Source of the DNA: Candidatus Latescibacterota bacterium
GTDB taxonomy: Bacteria; Latescibacterota; UBA2968; UBA8231
Direction of reading: 5' to 3'
Assembly (NCBI GenBank): GCA_965197905.1
Contig: CBDAOB010000004.1
Location: forward strand, 1,971,857-2,035,856
Length of the DNA stretch: 64,000 bases
Of this stretch, positions 59,586-64,000 are shown in pieces. Both the position numbers and the translations under genes were made by a program. The notes under the pieces are model-generated. The model worked only from the letters and a program-made list of their open reading frames with translations. It ran no database searches and had not been told where the DNA came from. Within the stretch, counting starts at the first letter, position 1. The number at the start of each line of letters is the position of its first letter.

Positions 59586-61643
59586 GTGCCCGCTAGTCGA
59601 TTCGCAGCCGCATTGGTCCTCGCACTCGGGATAGCAGCAGTTTTGCGGTTTGCTGCATTGTTATGGGGAACACCTGCCCACCATCCCGACGAATTCAATC
59701 TCGTTTATTGGCCGCTCTACTTTTTTAGTGGCGACCTGAATCCGCAACACACCGTTACTGCATTCTACCCCGCTCTGCAGTATTACCTTCTGGGGTTTCT
59801 CTACGCCGTCTATTTCCTACTGCTAAATCTCCGAGGAGTGCCGTGGACAATCGACGAGCATGTTGCCCACGGGTTTTTCTGGGGCGCAGACGATTTGCTT
59901 TCGCTCGCGCGCTGGACGAGCGCCGTTTTCGGTGTAGGCACGGTGTTGGTTGTTGCCCTGATCGCCAGGGGGCTGTATGGGCGCAAGGCCGCCGCGATCG
60001 CCGGCATGTTGATGGCGCTTTGTTCGATCCACGTCCGCCAAAGTCCCCTGGCAGCGGTAGACGTTCCCATGACCTTCTGGTACGTGGGTGCGATGTGGGC
60101 CAGCGTACAGTTGTTCCACAACGGCGCAAGGAGCCTCTACCTCCTTGCGGGGGGTCTGGTCGGTCTGGCAGCCGCCACCAAATATCCCGGTGCCCTCGCA
60201 GGCGCTGGTGTTTTTGCCGCCCATGCAATGGCGCGACGCAGTTTTGCGGATCGCCGCATCTTGCTGTCCGCCTTCGCTGCCTTGGGCATGTTCTTCCTCG
60301 CGTCCCCTTACACCATCCTCGATTACGGTGTGTTTCTCGACCATTTCCAGAGGGAACTTTCGCACCTTCGCGGGGGACACGGTCAGGACCTGGGACTGGG
60401 TTGGTGGTACCACTTGAAGGTTAGCATCCGGTACGCATTCGGGTGGGTGGGCCTGCTTATATTTGGGGGGGTGGTCGTCGGCGCCGTTCGGCGCCGGCAC
60501 CCTTCGTGGATTCTCTTGGCGGCCTTCGCCAGCTACTACCTGGTCATGGGGTCCGGCCAGGCCGTGTTTGTGCGTTACGCCTTGCCCCTGATCGCCTTGC
60601 AGGCGGTGCTTATATCCGGATGGCTGGGAAGTATCCGCAGCCGGTGCTGGCAAATGGCTGCCATTCTTCTGACCCTCGCTGAGCCGGCGTACGCTTCGAC
60701 CAGGGTCTCCCAGCTGTTGAGTGCGACGGATACCCGACTACAGGCGAGTGCTTGGTTGGATCAGCATGTGTCTTCGGGAACGGCCTGTTGCAACTTTGGT
60801 GGATGGGCGGGCGATCCGGCGCCGGTCACGGTGCAAGACCTATGGTGGAAGATCCGCCATTTCGAACGAGGATTTGGGCAGCGGCAACTGGACGAAATGG
60901 TTCCGTTTCTTATGGGCACGCTTGACCGACCCGTCTTCAACTTCGTCGTCGGGCACGATAAATTACAAGATGCGTACGGCGACATGAGCGTGGTGGACAA
61001 ATTTCGGTGTGAGTACGTTCTGCTGCATCGACATCCCCTCGTTTATTCATTTGTCGATTCAAGCTTTGCTGAGCAACTCAAGTCCGCCGCATTTCGAGTT
61101 GCCCGTTTCGAGCCCCCTGGTTTGAGCCGATCCAGGCCGACTTACGATCCGATCGACGGATACTACGTTCCGATCGCCCATTTTGGTGCGCTGCGGTGTC
61201 CCGGTCCGGACATCGAAATATGGAGAACGAGCGCCAGCGATTTCCCGTCTGGCCGCGATTCAGCGGAGCGCTCTTTCGCTCGAGCATACGCAAGCGCGGG
61301 AGCGATAAGCCTGCAACAGGGTGATCCCGCCGACGCCTTGGAACTCGTCCTACGCGGCTTTACCTTGGACAAAACCTACGCGGGCAACTACATGGTCTCG
61401 GCACACGCGTATCGAGCATACGGTCAACTCGATCGAGCACGTCAGCTCTTTGAAAAGGCGCTTGCTATTGTTCCGGATGACCTACACACGCGGCTAGATC
61501 TGGGCAACCTGCACATAGCTATGAACAATCCACAACTGGCGGCCGGCTGTTTCAAACGAATCCTGTCGTCGAATCCGAATCACCCTGACCGACTGCAGTT
61601 GCAGCATTTTATCCAGCGGCAGGAGACCAGTTTACCTGACTAG
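59586..61643 (+). CDS. GT-C fold (ArnT/PMT-like) membrane glycosyltransferase with C-terminal TPR repeats
   Basis: HPDE after TM1, multiple TM helices, GLAAATKY and RYALP, then TPR-like helices (AYGQLDRARQLFEKAL). Confidence 0.8.
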   Translation: MPASRFAAALVLALGIAAVLRFAALLWGTPAHHPDEFNLVYWPLYFFSGDLNPQHTVTAFYPALQYYLLGFLYAVYFLLLNLRGVPWTIDEHVAHGFFWGADDLLSLARWTSAVFGVGTVLVVALIARGLYGRKAAAIAGMLMALCSIHVRQSPLAAVDVPMTFWYVGAMWASVQLFHNGARSLYLLAGGLVGLAAATKYPGALAGAGVFAAHAMARRSFADRRILLSAFAALGMFFLASPYTILDYGVFLDHFQRELSHLRGGHGQDLGLGWWYHLKVSIRYAFGWVGLLIFGGVVVGAVRRRHPSWILLAAFASYYLVMGSGQAVFVRYALPLIALQAVLISGWLGSIRSRCWQMAAILLTLAEPAYASTRVSQLLSATDTRLQASAWLDQHVSSGTACCNFGGWAGDPAPVTVQDLWWKIRHFERGFGQRQLDEMVPFLMGTLDRPVFNFVVGHDKLQDAYGDMSVVDKFRCEYVLLHRHPLVYSFVDSSFAEQLKSAAFRVARFEPPGLSRSRPTYDPIDGYYVPIAHFGALRCPGPDIEIWRTSASDFPSGRDSAERSFARAYASAGAISLQQGDPADALELVLRGFTLDKTYAGNYMVSAHAYRAYGQLDRARQLFEKALAIVPDDLHTRLDLGNLHIAMNNPQLAAGCFKRILSSNPNHPDRLQLQHFIQRQETSLPD

Positions 61644-62171
61644 CTTGGAGATCTGCTTGAACTCAGGTCTGTCGGCCCGCCCCAGCAACTCGAACAACGC
61701 CATTTCGACGGAAGTGATCTCAACACCAGCGCGCTCCATCCTGCGGAGTCCAACCTTCTTGTTCTCCTGCGTGCGCGAGGCAACCGCGTCCCCAATGACC
61801 TCTACGTGATAACCACTTTCCAATAAATGTATCGCTGTTTGATATACGCATACGTGTGACTCGAGCCCTACGAGCAGAACCTGCCGGCGACCCGTGGACT
61901 CGAGCGCCTCGACGAACTCCTGCAGGCCACAGGCACTAAAGCAATTCTTCGGCTGCGGTTCGAATCCTTCCAAGAGCTCTGCCAATTCGGGGATGGTGCT
62001 GCCCAACCCCTGTGGATACTGCTCTACCCAGAGAACAGGCAGGTCGAGAATTCTCGCCCCGCGAACCACGGTCCGCAGTTTGGCCACAAGTGACGTCCTC
62101 TCGGCCATTGCGGATACCAGCTTCTCCTGGACATCGACGATCGCGAGAGCAGTATGGCTCTGGGTAAGCAT
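61632..62171 (-). CDS. Isochorismatase family hydrolase
   Basis: VDVQEKL, EQYPQGLG, GLESHVCVYQT and DAVASR. Confidence 0.92.
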   Translation of the reverse strand: MLTQSHTALAIVDVQEKLVSAMAERTSLVAKLRTVVRGARILDLPVLWVEQYPQGLGSTIPELAELLEGFEPQPKNCFSACGLQEFVEALESTGRRQVLLVGLESHVCVYQTAIHLLESGYHVEVIGDAVASRTQENKKVGLRRMERAGVEITSVEMALFELLGRADRPEFKQISKLVR

Positions 62172-62174
62172 GGA

Positions 62175-62885
62175 TCAAACTCCTGGGTACCGGTTCAAGA
62201 GATCGCGCACAAGAATGAGAAGCATGTCGAAAGGATCCCTCAATATGCATTTCCACACGGAGATCGTTGAACCAGGGGCGTTCCTCCAATGCACCGGAGC
62301 AAAGAAAATCTTCAAGCCAAATTTATGGGCCAGGTAAAAGATCTCCACGTCGATGGTCCCTCCGTCGTTGCGACAGTTTGAAAAAATGAGCTGGGCGGCC
62401 TCGCGGGTAAAGGCTTTGAACCCGCACTGACTGTCCGCAACCGCCTTCTTGAATACGAAAAGGTGTGCGAAAATAAGAAACGTCAATCCCATGATGCGCC
62501 GAGCTCGGCTCTCGCCCTCCTGATAGGTGCGCACCCCAACAACCAAATCGTGACCGCTCTCAAGGCGGGGGATAAATGCTTCGACCTCCTCGATTCTGGT
62601 CGCGTGGTCAGCATCCATAAACAAGATGCAGTCCCCCTTAGAGTCGAGACAGCCTGCCTTTACGGCCGCCCCTTTCCCCATGTTGCGTGGCAAACGCAGC
62701 AGCCTCACCGCTGGATGGGGATTGGAAGTTACGAGTTCCCCAGTGCCATCGGTGCTTCCGTCGTCCACTACCACAAGTTCGAAGGGGTAATCTGCGTGTG
62801 CGAGGTATTCCAGCGCATCCCGAATGGTTGCCTCGATTCGATGGCTCTCGTTATAGGCTGGTATTACGACCGACAACATGGCCAT
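62175..62885 (-). CDS. GT2 polyprenyl-phosphate glycosyltransferase (dolichyl-phosphate glucosyltransferase-like)
   Basis: SVVIPAYNE, VDDGSTD, NMGKGAAV, FMDAD and DSQCGFK. Confidence 0.9.
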   Translation of the reverse strand: MAMLSVVIPAYNESHRIEATIRDALEYLAHADYPFELVVVDDGSTDGTGELVTSNPHPAVRLLRLPRNMGKGAAVKAGCLDSKGDCILFMDADHATRIEEVEAFIPRLESGHDLVVGVRTYQEGESRARRIMGLTFLIFAHLFVFKKAVADSQCGFKAFTREAAQLIFSNCRNDGGTIDVEIFYLAHKFGLKIFFAPVHWRNAPGSTISVWKCILRDPFDMLLILVRDLLNRYPGV

Positions 62886-63559
62886 TCCTCCACCTTGACA
62901 CCCCGTAGATAGAAGAAAAAGAGGCCGCGCTCGAATCGTTCGATGCGAACGTCGGAACGCTTCAGCAGCTCAAAGATATCTGACCAGTTGCGCAGCCACC
63001 AACTGATACAATCCTGCTCTTCGCGGAGCTGGGTGCCGAAACATTTGACGGATGGGGGATAGACCGGGATGGGTAGCTGACAGAGCCAGAAAATCAACCG
63101 CAGGTAAAACGTGTCGAAGTGATCGATGAGGAACAACCTGCCATTTCCTTTTAATACTCTCTTCGATTCCCCGAATAGAAGCTCTAGATTCGACGTCGTA
63201 CGGAAGTGGTGAAGGGAATGGGTACAGATCACGCGATCGAACGTAGCCGACGCGAAAGGCAACCGGGTGCCGTCTGCAACGATTCTGGAAAAGTGTTGCG
63301 CCGATTTAGTCGGGCGGTACAGATCGAGACCGTAGAGCCCTTGTGCCCCGGATGCCGACATAAGATCCAGCGCCTCTCCGGACCCGCACGCGATATCCAG
63401 TGTTTTGATGCTAGTGGTATCGCCCAGTAAACCGAGACGCCGGAGCTTTTTTCGGTAGGTGCGCAAACGCCGTCCCACCAACGCCTTGCTGTGGTAGGCT
63501 CCGAGCCAGGGTTCGGTTTCTGGTTGGTGAGATTTCGGGTGACGGCTATGGTCGGTCAG
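62864..63559 (-). CDS. Class I SAM methyltransferase (start CTG 63559 or TTG 63481)
   Basis: LDIACGSG, ADGTRLPF, SLHHF and RVLKGNG. The frame is open upstream to 63595. Confidence 0.8.
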   Translation of the reverse strand: MTDHSRHPKSHQPETEPWLGAYHSKALVGRRLRTYRKKLRRLGLLGDTTSIKTLDIACGSGEALDLMSASGAQGLYGLDLYRPTKSAQHFSRIVADGTRLPFASATFDRVICTHSLHHFRTTSNLELLFGESKRVLKGNGRLFLIDHFDTFYLRLIFWLCQLPIPVYPPSVKCFGTQLREEQDCISWWLRNWSDIFELLKRSDVRIERFERGLFFFYLRGVKVEEWPCCRS

Positions 63560-63595
63560 GGGTACGCCCTCTCGATGCTGGGGTGGAAGGTGGTG

Positions 63596-64000
63596 TCATA
63601 ACCATGCTGCTTGTTTCGCCCACTGGACCGCTTGTATCATTCCTCGCGACAGATCCGTGATTGGACGGTAGCCCAATACCGCCTTCGCTCGCTCGATGCT
63701 ACATCCCATGTGACGGGCGGCCTCGCCGGCTAGGTGTAGATCCATCGCGTACAGATCCAGCCGCGCCAAGAATTCGTCAAGAAAAGCGCATGCTGTGGCC
63801 ACAAACATGGGGTATCGACGCGGGCGGACGGTAACGCCTTGCGCCTTGGCAATCTCATCGAATACCTCTCGCCAACGATAGACGGGATCATCGGCGACGA
63901 AATAGGTGTTTCCGGCTCCACCGGGAACCGTCAAGGCCAGTCCAACACATTGTACCAGATTGTCGATGTACACCGCGCTCACCGCATTCTCTCCATCGCC
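63596..64000 (-). CDS. NAD-dependent epimerase/dehydratase, C-terminal part (5' end outside window)
   Basis: VYIDNLV, GNTYFVAD and SIERAKAVLGYRP, typical of an extended SDR C-terminus. Confidence 0.8.
   Translation of the reverse strand, partial: GDGENAVSAVYIDNLVQCVGLALTVPGGAGNTYFVADDPVYRWREVFDEIAKAQGVTVRPRRYPMFVATACAFLDEFLARLDLYAMDLHLAGEAARHMGCSIERAKAVLGYRPITDLSRGMIQAVQWAKQAAWL

Overview
High-GC bacterial chromosome segment, probably FCB-superphylum (Latescibacterota/Gemmatimonadota-like). This is an inference from the NYPNPFNP/FlgD-Ig C-terminal domain, the alpha2-type GlyRS and DUF4416. The window is mostly housekeeping and metabolism: hemY, modABC, ggt, ltaE, an RND efflux operon, aroC, a UxaA-like dehydratase, carA, proC-hisH-hisF-proB-ftsB-recO-glyQS, tRNA-Leu-tig-clpP-clpX-engB-purA-prpB-prpC, MATE and glycosyltransferases. 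Two things stand out that the ORF track hides. (1) Six apparent small ORFs at 15366-17476 are really three tandem lipoprotein genes. Each has one in-frame TGA in the motif VAY-TGA-P[LI]V, which aligns with the Cys of VTF-C-PLT in a neighbouring full-length DUF3179 gene, so they are probable selenoproteins. They share a strand and tight spacing with an orphan sensor kinase, a beta-barrel protein and an ArsS-family radical SAM enzyme. (2) A 749-nt ORF-less group II intron at 57046-57794 has intact ends, domain V and EBS1-IBS1 pairing. It may have inserted antisense into a decayed GrdB/PrdB-like gene. All product calls come from motif recognition; no database searches were run.
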